From NCBI RefSeq assembly GCF_006345805.1, contig NC_042999.1:133424001-133488000 (forward strand): 64,000 bases of DNA, given 5' to 3'. The translations under genes were made by a program, and so were the position numbers. Positions 53,290-64,000 of this stretch are shown here, piece by piece (position 1 is the first letter of the stretch; every line of letters begins with the position of its first letter). The DNA is from Octopus sinensis. Taxonomy: Eukaryota. The notes below the pieces were generated by a model that was not told the DNA's origin, searched no databases, and worked only from the letters and a program-made list of their open reading frames with translations.

Positions 53290-53700
53290 CACTATTTGTG
53301 GATCAAAGGGGTATACAACGTCAACTATATAGCATATATGGTGCACCTTGCCCACCACCACTGGGTCCGGTCTGTTATGCTCTACCACTTGATTTGTTTG
53401 GATTGGGAATTACCAGAGGATTTTACTAGTCTCCGACTCGGCCACTATCTGCGGTTTGTGCTCATACCACATCTTGCCCCTCCCTTGCCCCCACTTATCA
53501 CAGTTTCCAATCTAGCACTTTCGCAACCTGGTCGTGTCGCCACAACTTGTAGGGGTTCGGAGCAAGTCTAGGACATTAGTTTTTGATATGGGCAATCGTT
53601 TCATCCACTCTATTTCAGACGAGACAGCGGAGACACTTGCTCATTGCTCAGGTTGGCTCTCCACTTCGCTGCCATAACTTGGTCCTGCGCTGCCAGTATA
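53290..53700 (-). mobile_element. R4/Dong-like LINE fragment (zinc knuckle to endonuclease)
   Basis: Paralogous to 54750-55050; minus strand encodes degenerate HDQVARL.HWKL...ILW.FPIQT.QVVEHNRPDPVVV. Confidence 0.75.
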
Positions 53701-54336
53701 GTACGTATGTATGTACATATATGTATACATACGTATACATACCGGTTGCGCAAACAAATGTTGCAGAGACGAGTAGCTTCCATTAATCCATATACTTCAT
53801 ATGCATATGCCCATCTGTTGCATACTGTTTAGTTCATGTCATCTTTAATATACTGTTGTCCTTCAAATGTCTAGCGTAAATGTCATCAAAAATTAAACGT
53901 CACATTTTATTTGGTACAGATTAGACTTCCAGATAATTTATACCATTGAACCTACTCAATTTTGATTTTATGCATATTTTAACATAATCTAAATCAATTT
54001 GTGCATAACTGCTTCTTTTTTTTTTCTTTTGATTCCTGAAAGTACATTCCAAGAAACGTATTTCCACTTGTACTGCTCATAAATGTGCAAATTTCTCGTA
54101 TAGATTATCTCGATAATCTTAGTATATTTTCTCAAATTGAAATCAAGACGTGGATTAATGGAAGAGCCTCACAAATAATTGTTGGTTGAACTTTCTCTAG
54201 ATTTGTGGGTCTCAATATTTTATTGCCTTTTATCCTTTCGGGGTTGGTAAAATATGTACCAGTTGAGCAACCAGAGTTGATGTAACCGAGTAGCGCCCCA
54301 ACCAGGTTTCAGGTCTTGTGCGTAAAGTAGAAAGTA

Positions 54337-54396
<60 letters not shown>

Positions 54397-54404
54397 CACC
54401 ATCC

Positions 54405-55050
54405 CTTTATCACAGGTTTTGTTGGAGCTCCTGGAGTCTTGCATGCGTAGCGAGCTTACTACCTGAAGTTCTCGGCACCATGATATTCGTTCTTTTCAGC
54501 TATCTGATACTTTCCTGATTATTCTGGTCGTGCCAAGGAGGCATACATTTTGTAATAGTTCTACTGGGCACTCTATTCCAATTTCCTTTATATTCCCCTT
54601 GATGCTTTCTGGGATAATCGGTACTATCTTCACTTTTTTTCATTTTCCAGAGCCGGGCTATTTCGTACTTAAGAGGTTTGTATCTATCTTTTTGCTTTCC
54701 TTCTTGACTATTCGCGTATCAAATGGGTATGCAGCGTGAACTATATAGTATATATGGTGCACCTTGCCCACCACCACTGGGTCCGGTCTGTTATGCTCTA
54801 GCACCTGATTTGTTTGGATTGGGAAATCCCTGAGGATTTTGCTAGTCTCCGACTCTGCCACTATCTGCGGTTTGTGTTTACACCACATCTTGCCTCTCCT
54901 TAGTCCCAACTTTTCGCAGTTTCCAATGTAGCATTTTCGCTACCTGGTCGTGTCGCTACAACTTGTAGTGGTTTGGAGCAAGTCTATGGCATTAGTTTTT
55001 TTATATGGGCAATGGTTTCATCCACCCTATTTCAGACGAGACAGTTCTCT
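54405..55050 (-). mobile_element. R4/Dong-like LINE 3' end
   Basis: KILRDFPIQTNQVLEHNRPDPVVV...AYPFDTRIVKKESKKID; 3' end abuts (TTA)n at 54340-54397. Confidence 0.85.
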
Positions 55051-56210
55051 TCACCCTGCGGTGAGGGGGTGCAGGAAGATACAGTGGCAAGACTGGCCTT
55101 CGATCTATTTTTTAACGGTAAACACGAAGGCTGCATTGTCAATGTTAAGGTACGTGCTCTAAGACAAGGGGGAGCGAAAGCCGCTCGATGGGCCCAAGTA
55201 GCAGAAATACAACGTAGCAACAAGGCCGCAACTCGGGCTTTGATGAACTAAAATTGGCCCGTGGTACTCGATTCCGCGCAGATGTGTGCAGAATTTCAGC
55301 AGTTTGGGATAAATGGCAGTCGGGAATTCAGGATGGACTTCAATATCTACCTTAACGGCATGTAACGACTCTCGGAAGGGGCGGTAAACAGAGTGCTGCG
55401 AAATGCTGGTAACCTCGCAGAAATACGGGATGCGATGATGCACAATGCAGGTGTGTGAAACCACCTGGTTTGGTTGGTCTATCTTATGAGCTATATTTTT
55501 ATATACCAGACTTGTTTGGTGCCCTTTTAGCAGACATCTACCGCAACTGACAGTAGAATGAGAGAAATCCCAATTCTGTGGGTCAAGGAGTGGTAGCACT
55601 ACAAAGAAAGGACCCAAACAAGGCGGATCAATTGGAAAATTTCAGACCCATAACTCTGCTGAATGCAAAGTGTCCAACGTATTAGCAAAGAAGTTGACGC
55701 TTGTCATCGAGGAACAGATTGGTGATGCGCAAACATGCGAGATTCCAAGCAGATTTACCTACGGTAACCGCCACCTCGAGCAAAGCATCATAGACAGGAT
55801 AGTTAAGGAACCTGGCATGGGTGGGCCTTGATCAATTTGGATCTATCTAAAACATCCGATAGGGTCAACCACTAATACTTGGCAGCTGTTCTCACGGCGG
55901 CCGGTTTCGGTCTAGTTTTATGTGGATGGATAGCTGCAATGTACAGTGACATCTGTTCGGTAGTTCGGGCGAATGGTTACCTATCGGAACGATTCAACAT
56001 CATGCGTTCGGTTCGTCAAGGGTGTACCATCTCGTCTCTTCTGTATGTACTGGCTCTTGAACCATTACTGCAGAAATTGGAGGCATTGAGAGACATCCTG
56101 CGTGAACTAGGACATGGGAGAACCGTATCAGTATATGCAGACCACGTCAACGTTATGCTGCCGAACAGCAGGCATATAGACTTGGTCGGCAATCAAACTC
56201 CTTCCAATAT
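55050..56210 (+). pseudogene. L1/Tx1-clade LINE reverse transcriptase remnant
   Basis: ENFRPITLLNA (~55640-55670), DLSK..DRVNH, SVRQGCTISSLLYVLALEPLL and VYADH; several stops and frameshifts. Confidence 0.8.
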
Positions 56211-57047
56211 CGATCTGATAAGTTGCAGATAATTTTGCTTTTATTTAAACCTATCAAGCAGACTTTAAGCGAGAAGCATACCAGCCGAGAGTTCCCGTGT
56301 TTTATTATTTTTATTTCCCCGTTACTGACTGTATAGAACCACTTTGTCCAATAAGTCCATCTCTCTAGCATAAGGGATTATTTCATGGAATTATGCCTAC
56401 TGTTTTGAAACACAATCTACAACGTAGATACTTCTTCAGCTCTCAATGACAAGTGAAATATAGAAAAACTGTGAGAAAGTCCTTTAGCTACTATAAATAA
56501 GTTTGAACTGTCGTGCTAATGACCCCTATTGAGGCAGAAATACGTGTTCTCTTCTATTATCTCAAGACATTAAGCTTGTTCTTTTCCTTCATGTCATATC
56601 AACATTGGATAATCCTCGTTTCTAGAGATTATCTCCCTTCCTCATATGGAGCTGGTCTTAACTGCTATTTAGTATTTATGACACATCCTCCAGAGGCGGA
56701 GATTATTTTAATAAATCAATGTTTTATATTGCCTGGTTTTAGATATACCTATATTTGTCTATGTTGTTCAAATGTAAGTCGTCGACCTCACAGTGATATT
56801 TCTCTTAGCTCAGTTTTGTTCTATACTGGTTAAAAGAATACGAGAGAAATAGAATACGCCATTTTCGATACATTTGAGCTGCAACGTAAAGCAAAGGATA
56901 TTGTGTTATAAATAATTAGCCTGTAACACATGGCAACCACAAACAGTTATCGTTGTAGTAACACTCTTCATCAGGTGTGTATATATATATATTATATATA
57001 TATATAATATATATTATATATATATTATTAATATAAATAAACATATA

Positions 57048-58287
57048 GTGTGTATGTGTGTGTGTGTAAGTTTATATACACATAAACCCAAAAAACACCA
57101 CATATATACATACAAATATACATATAGAGCATACAAGTAAAAATGTAGCTATCATCGTTTGTCATTATTTCTTACTTCGTAATTTCTTTTCTTTTTTTCT
57201 TTTCTTTGTTTTTTTTCTTTTTTTTTTCTTTTCTTGTCTGTTGTCGCCATAAACATACTGAGTTTAGACCGAACGTAAAATATAAATGTTTTTTTCACTC
57301 GATAAACGCGAAATAAAAACATTCTGTACGATAAATTGGTGTACACTAAATAGAACTGGATATCTTTCAGGGTAAATTGTTATTAATCACCAAACTGGCT
57401 TTTATCATTACAGAAACATGCGAGGAAAATGAGCAATAGAAAGTTGTGTTCCAATTTCTCTAATTTCAGTCTCAGTCTTCACACATACTTCTTATTTCTT
57501 CACAGCACTTGTACGAAGTGTTATTTTACGTATTCTATTAACTATTTTGGTGGAGGTCGGCATACAACCAAGTATTTTCATGAGATTTTAAGTCTTTTCT
57601 TAATTTCATTACCTGCAATTCTTTTCTAAACATAGTCCAGGCCGATGTGTGTGTGTGTGTGTGTATGTGTGTGTGTGTAAGTTTATATACACATAAACCC
57701 CCAAACACACACATATATACATACAAATATACATATAGATGCATACAAGTAAAAATGTAGCTATCATCGTTTGTCATTATTTCTTACTTCGTAATTTTCT
57801 TTCTTTTTTTCTTTTCTTTGTTTTTTTTCTTTTTTTTTTCTTTTCTTGTTGTCGCCATAAATACTGAGTTTAGCCGAACGTAAAATATAAATGTTTTTTA
57901 CACTCGATAAACGCGAAATAAGAACATTCTCTGTACGATAAATTGGTGTACACTAAATAGAACTGGATATCTTTCAGGGTAAATTGTTATTAATCACCAA
58001 ACCTGGCTTTTATCATTACAGAAACATGCGAGGAAAATGAGCAATAGAAAGTTGTGTTCCAATTTCTCTAATTTCAGTCTCAGTCTTCACACATACTTCT
58101 TATTTCTTCACAGCACTTGTACGAAGTGTTATTTTACGTATTCTATTAACTATTTTGGTGGAGGTCGGCATACAACCAAGTTATTTTCATGAGATTTTAA
58201 GTCTTTTCTTAATTTCATTACCTGCAATTCTTTTCTAAACATAGTCCAGGCCGATGTGTGTGTGTGTGTGTGTATGTGTGTGTGTGT
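57048..58287. repeat. Tandem duplication of a ~610-bp unit
   Basis: AAGTTTATATACACATAAACCC at 57068 and 57679; CCAGGCCGAT ending at 57646 and 58255. Confidence 0.95.
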
Positions 58288-58362
58288 CGTTTGTAGAAAA
58301 CATAAATGCGGAGAAGCACACTCTAAGATTTAGAGCAGTTAATATTATAATAGGTTAGGCCG

Positions 58363-58433
58363 GTTTATGGGGTCACCATGGGTTTCTCGCTCATAAGGAG
58401 TTAAGCCTTGCGGCGTATCTTCAGACCCCAAAC
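58363..58433 (-). ncRNA. Type I hammerhead motif, probably inactivated (GTG cleavage triplet)
   Basis: GTTT-GGGGT-CTGAAGA (58424-58418)...GCC-GCAA-GGC...CGA-GAAA-CC-CAT-GG-TG-ACCCC-AT-AAAC. Confidence 0.7.
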
Positions 58434-58542
58434 GCTGCTGGCCTGAGACCTCTTTAAAATATGGAGGGGGGAAAACTCTCGTTTTTAAGGGTGAAACCCT
58501 TTGCCATTGTCTATCGGTCTTCGGCCGCGCAGTCATCTTGCG

Positions 58543-58594
58543 GTCACCAAAGCACCACGAAGGTAAACTATTGCCTCCCTTCGGCCTTGGTCAT
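58543..58594 (-). promoter_or_regulatory. Candidate eukaryotic SECIS element (form 2-like, imperfect)
   Basis: ATGA-CCAAGGC-CGAAGG-GA-GGC-AATA-GTTT-A-CCTTCG-TGGT-GCTTTGG-TGAC: tandem GA/GA core with a ~12-bp helix II, starting ~37 nt after the ORF stop. The apical AA is replaced by GA. Confidence 0.45.
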
Positions 58595-59124
58595 TGGTTT
58601 CCGGCTGTGATGCCGCCCTTCTGATTTCAAAAAGCCAGCAGGAATTTTCTAAGATGGAAGCTTGTTCCGAAAATCTCTGCCCTGGAGTTCATGATGCTCC
58701 CTAGCACGAGCGAGTCTTTAAGGATCCTTGTGCATTCGGCAATGCATAAGTTTCAACGTTTCGTCCCGTTCATGTAAGGGCCAGGTTTCTCGATTATGGA
58801 ATCTCTTCATCTTGTAATTGCCAGATATGGGTGGCCAGCGATGTCATGTGTCCCCTTTCCGAGGCTCTGAAGGAGGACAGATTATTGGAAATACGTTATT
58901 CGAGAGATTTCCCAGAGCATCCCACGTACTTCTGTAGGCAAGCGATGTTGCACCTATTACTGTTATAGGTGCTGTTGTTGTTGGTGTTGTTGTTGCTAGT
59001 GTTGCTGCTACCGTTGCAATATATATATATATATAATATATTTATATAATATATATATATTATATAATATATATATATATTAATATATATATATATTATA
59101 TTATATATATATATATATATATAA

Positions 59125-59578
59125 TAGGTGCAGGCATGGCAGTGTGACAAGAAGCATGGTTGCAAACCACATGGTTCCGGGCTCGGTCCCACTGCGTGGC
59201 AACTTGAGCATGTGTCTTTACTATAGTCTCGGGCTGACCAAAGCCTTTTTGGGCGGATTTGGTAGACGGAAACTGAAAGAAACCCACCGTGTATATATAT
59301 ATATATGTATGAGTGTGTGTGTGTGTGTGTGTGTTTGTGTTTATATGAATGTATGTATGTATGCATATATCTGTGTGTATGTCTGTGCCCCCCCTCCCCG
59401 CCATCGCTTGACAACCGATGCTGGTGTGTTTCTATGCCCGCAACTTAACATTTCGGCAAAATAGACCTATAGAAGAAGTACTATGCTTACAAAGAATGTC
59501 CTTCGGGTCGATTTCTTCTACTAAAACCCTTTAAGGCGGTTCCCCAGTACGTCCGCAGTCAAATGACTGAAGTAAGTA
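59125..59578 (+). mobile_element. SINE family S2, full length
   Basis: Colinear with the S2 reference copy. Confidence 0.85.
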
Positions 59579-60174
59579 TTATATTGTATTACATATATTA
59601 GTGTCTAGGTGTGTTTAGACATCCATGCTGAGTTAGATTTAAGCAATTAAGTTGATGGATATGCTAATATATTTCGTTTGTATCTTTGTAATAATTCATT
59701 ATTGATTTTACAAAATGTGTAAAGTCGCTCAAAGAAACTTGTGTCTCAAACACTCAAATTTACGCTACGTGACACACTCTGTATCACGCTGAATATCCCT
59801 GAAAATTAGGTTATGGCTACACGTGTCCGTGGAGTGCTCAGCTACTTGCACGTTAATTTCACGATCAGATCGACTGGAACTCGTGTCGTCGTTACAGACT
59901 GTACTTTATTGTTGTTGTTGATGTTGTTGTTGTTGTGTGTATGTGTGTGCATGTGAGAGAGAGAGAGTGTGTGTGTCTCTGTGTATATATGTATGCATGC
60001 ATATTTATGCATATATGCAAGTATCTATCTGATATGTGCATATCATAACGTTTCTCTGTAGTTGAGTGTATTTGAGTGTAAATAGTAATGCAAAATGCAA
60101 AATGCTCGGAGACATACATACATGCATACGTATATGCATACATACATACATACATACATACATACATACATACA

Positions 60175-60208
<34 letters not shown>

Positions 60209-60692
60209 AGCACTTGTTCACTACATATGAGTGAGGATGGCCAATATTCAGATGATCTCGTGACACAATAAGGAGCTGTCAGTTGAAATTTGTGTCAAGT
60301 TCTAAGTGCTTGTGAAACAAACTGTCAGAATGTATTCCAGTATAACTGAGGGTTTTTTTAAAGTTTTTTTTCAAATCATCAAACTATAACTAAATGAGAA
60401 ATTAGAAAAGGACTGGCAAAAACAAACAAACTGAAAAGTCGCTCTTATATCGGATGAATTATAACTATCCTTATGAACTTATGACATTCTGACAGGGAGC
60501 AAAGCGGCATCTGGAAGTCAGAATCTTGCCATACAATAAGACACTCATAAGAATAAACTTGAGCTTCCCTGGGACTGATATGCCTTCCATATGTAAATAT
60601 ATATATATATAATATATATATTGTGTGTGTGTGTGTGTGCAAGCGCTAGTGTGTCAGTGTGCGTGTTTTTTTCTGGTGTGTGCATGTCTATG

Positions 60693-60729
<37 letters not shown>

Positions 60730-61097
60730 TATTAATGCTTTTCTTATCTATGCGTGTGTGAGTATACACAAATGCAAGAATGTGCATACTTGCACACACA
60801 ACCACACATACGCACACACACATGCACATACACACATACACACGCACGCGTAAGTACACGTACAGACACACACATCTTTGTACATATATTTCTCCTCTCC
60901 TTTCTCAAAGAATAAATCCTGGTGTCGATTTGTTCGACTAAAGGCGGTGTTCCACCATGCCCGCAGTCGAATACTGAAACAAATAAAAGAAGAAAAGAAA
61001 TATATGTATATATATATAAAAATATATATTATATATATATATATATATAATATATACATATATATATAATGTGTGTGTATGTGTGTGTGTGTGTGTG

Positions 61098-61140
<43 letters not shown>

Positions 61141-61143
61141 ATA

Positions 61144-61445
61144 CAGTGTACATTAAACACAAAGGAGGTATCCATCATAGGACTCCTAGCACGCTAGAGA
61201 GGACAGTTAAATTCCAAACCACTATTAGGGATAAGATTCCGATCGAATGAAAAATAAAAACATTTACCGTCCAATTCCAGGACCAAAAAGTCAGAAACCA
61301 TTGGTCCAGGAGTTGGATGGTAAATGTTTTTTTTTTTTATTCCATTCGAAATTTTATCCCTAATAGTGGTTTGGAATTTAACTGTCCTCTCTAGCGTACA
61401 GGTAGTCCTATGATGGATACCTCTTTTGTGTTTAAATGTGCACTG
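61144..61445. mobile_element. Palindromic Tc1/mariner-type MITE, ~300 bp
   Basis: TA-CAGTGTACATT...AATGTGCACTG; the two halves are inverted copies nearly to the centre (~61290-61300). Confidence 0.85.
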
Positions 61446-61465
61446 TGTTTATATGAATAATATAT

Positions 61466-61862
61466 AGGCGCAGGAGCGGCTGTTTGGTAAGTAGCTTGCT
61501 AACCAACCACATGATTCTGGGTTCAGTCCCACTGCGTGGCACCTTGGGCAAGTGTCTTCTGCTATAGCCCCGGGCCGACCAATGCCTTGTGAGTGGATTT
61601 GGTAGACGGAAACTGAAAGAAGCCTGTCGTATATATGTATATATATGTGTATGTATGTGTGTGTGTTTGTCCCCCTAGCATTGCTTGACAAACGATGCTG
61701 GTGTGTTTACGTCCCCGTCACTTAGCGGTTCGGCAATAGAGACCGATAGAATAAGTACTGGGCTTACAAAGAATAAGTCCCGGGGTCGATTTGCTCGACT
61801 AAAGGCGGTGCTTCAGCATGGCCGCAGTCAAATGACTGAAACAAGTAAAAGAGTAAAAGAGT
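61466..61862 (+). mobile_element. SINE family S2, reference copy
   Basis: Head AGGCGCAGGAGCGGCTGTTTGGTAAG, B-box-like GGGTTCAGTCCC, internal (TA/TG)n, tail GAAACAAGTAAAAGAGTAAAAGAG. Confidence 0.9.
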
Positions 61863-62207
61863 CTATTGACTAAATTTTTTAACACGCTAGGCCACTGGTA
61901 ATGGAAATTTCTAATATTTCTGATTACCCTTTGATATTATTAATTATATATTAATGAATGTATGTATGTATGCATGTATGTATGTATGTATGTATGTATG
62001 TATGTATGTATGTATGTATGTATGTATGTATGTATGTATGTATGTATGTATGTATGTATGTATGCATGCATGTATGTATGTATAAGTAAATATTAATATT
62101 TAGCAGAAGCAGCAGAGTGACTCAAGGTTGGAGAGCAACGTGCGTTACCACAGTGAAAATATACACATACTCATTTTGAGTTCTACTTTTTCCTCTTTGC
62201 ATCAACA

Positions 62208-62341
<134 letters not shown>

Positions 62342-62615
62342 TCTATCTATTTATCTGTCTGTCTGTCTGTCTGTCCGTCTATAGATTTGTGTGTGTGCGT
62401 GCCTGCGTGAGTGTGTGTGTGGTGTGTGTGTGTGTGTATGTGTGTGTGTGTGTGTGTGCAATACTGGCGAGTAGTGAGAATGAGTACTCAACACGGCATT
62501 TGTGACTAATTACTTTCATTTAGTTGCAACATTAGCGGGACGCTTAGTAAGTAATTGCGACTTACCTCATATAACCCTTGGCAGCATAGTATGAGTGTAT
62601 GTGTGTGTGTCTATG

Positions 62616-62689
<74 letters not shown>

Positions 62690-63178
62690 AGTCCATCAGT
62701 AATGGCAATTGTCTCTGGCAAAGACATACATTCCAGCTCCAACAGCGTCGGAGGGCAAAGACAATTTAACAGACCATTATTTCTAAACCAGAAGAAAGAG
62801 TTTTGTAATGAAATAAACATATACGTATGTAAATTGGAATCAGGATATCAGGATAATGAAACGCATATTTCACAAATGTATTATGCACAGTAAACACATG
62901 CACGTACGTATACACATCCAATATATCTCTGTAGATAATTATATATATATATATATAAACGCTTATACACGTAATATATATATATGCATTTGTTCCAGTG
63001 TATGTTTTTTCTGGGTGTGCGTGGGAGGTTTATATTGTGTTTATGGAATTCTCTTTATATCTTATTCAGTTCTCCAGCTCTTTGTTTTCTTCCCTTAACT
63101 TTCTGCCTATCAATATCTTACTACATGTGAGCGTAAAAAGGCATACAAACATGAAGACACACCGACATACCAACTCAG

Positions 63179-63950
63179 ACATTTTCATGCATACATGTAC
63201 ACATTATATACACACACAAATACACACACATTATATACACACACATTTTCATGCATACATGTACACATTATATACACACACAAATGCACACACATTATAT
63301 ACACACACATTTTCATGCATACATGTACACATTATATACACACACAAATGCACACACTTATATACACACCCATTTCATGCATACATGTACACATTATATA
63401 CACACACAAATGCACACACATTATAACACACACACCTTTTCATGATACATGTACATTATATACACACACAAATGCACACACATTATATACACACACATTT
63501 TCATGCATACATGTACATTATATACACCCCACATGCACACACATTTATACCCACACATTTTCCATGCATACATGTACACATATATAACACAACACAATGA
63601 CACACACATTATATACACACACATTTTCATGCATACATGTACACATTATATACACACACAAATGCACACACATTATATACACACACATTTTCATGCATAC
63701 ATGTACACATTATATACACACACAAATACACACACATTATATACACACACATTTTCATGCATACATGTACACATTATATACACACACAAATGCACACACA
63801 TTATATACACACACATTTTCATGCATACATGTACACATTATATACACACACAAATACACACACATTATATACACACACATTTTCATGCATACATGTACAC
63901 ATTATATACACACACAAATACACACACATTATATACACACACAAATGCAC
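63179..63950. repeat. 64-bp minisatellite, ~12 copies
   Basis: Unit TTTTCATGCATACATGTACACATTATATACACACACAAAT(A/G)CACACACATTATATACACACACA; TTTT runs at 63182 and 63246. Confidence 0.95.
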
Positions 63951-64000
63951 AAACACAAAGGCGCTTTCACATAGGTATGCAAACTTACAAAACAGAAACT

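Larger units (their letters stand above)
58290..58950 (-). mobile_element. Degraded 3' fragment of a second Naiad-type Penelope-like element (GIY-YIG end, 3' UTR, SECIS-like hairpin, hammerhead)
   Basis: Minus strand gives KYVGCSGKSLE*RISNNLSSFR...TSLATHIWQLQDEEIP, frameshift, SIIEKPGPYMNGTKR*NLCIAECTRIL...MNSRAEIFGTSFHLRKFLLAF*, homologous to the end of the 29806-31939 ORF. Confidence 0.85.

Noticed and set aside
55159-55617. 152-aa minus-strand ORF as a host gene
   Set aside because: Antisense to the Tx1-like RT remnant, whose motifs are on the plus strand.
56860-56980. Minus-strand CTGATGA as a hammerhead
   Set aside because: No complementary stem I partner after the nearest GAAA.

Overview
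AT-rich, repeat-saturated eukaryotic DNA. The microsatellite density and SINE/LINE content suggest a cephalopod such as Octopus (inference, not verified). I can support no host protein-coding exon, and nearly all ORFs in the supplied track are translated microsatellites. The centrepiece is a near-intact Penelope-like retroelement of the Naiad type (27718-33089, +). It has one ~711-aa RT + GIY-YIG frame broken only by two single-base deletions in homopolymer runs, a truncated 5' pseudo-LTR, a full 3' pseudo-LTR and a 1.18-kb inverted arm, each carrying a hammerhead ribozyme, and it sits in a (TA)n tract. A second, degraded Naiad 3' fragment (58290-58950, -) has an in-frame TGA at a conserved cysteine, followed by a SECIS-like hairpin and a hammerhead, which is the signature of a selenoprotein-encoding retroelement. 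Two non-coding fold-back elements and several short repeats, all in (TA)n, also carry hammerhead cores, giving about 12 motifs in 64 kb. The rest is R4/Dong-like and Tx1-like LINE fragments, a mariner remnant, MITEs, dozens of tRNA-type SINE copies, a 610-bp tandem duplication and a 64-bp minisatellite. All RNA folds were made by eye, and SINE boundaries are approximate.
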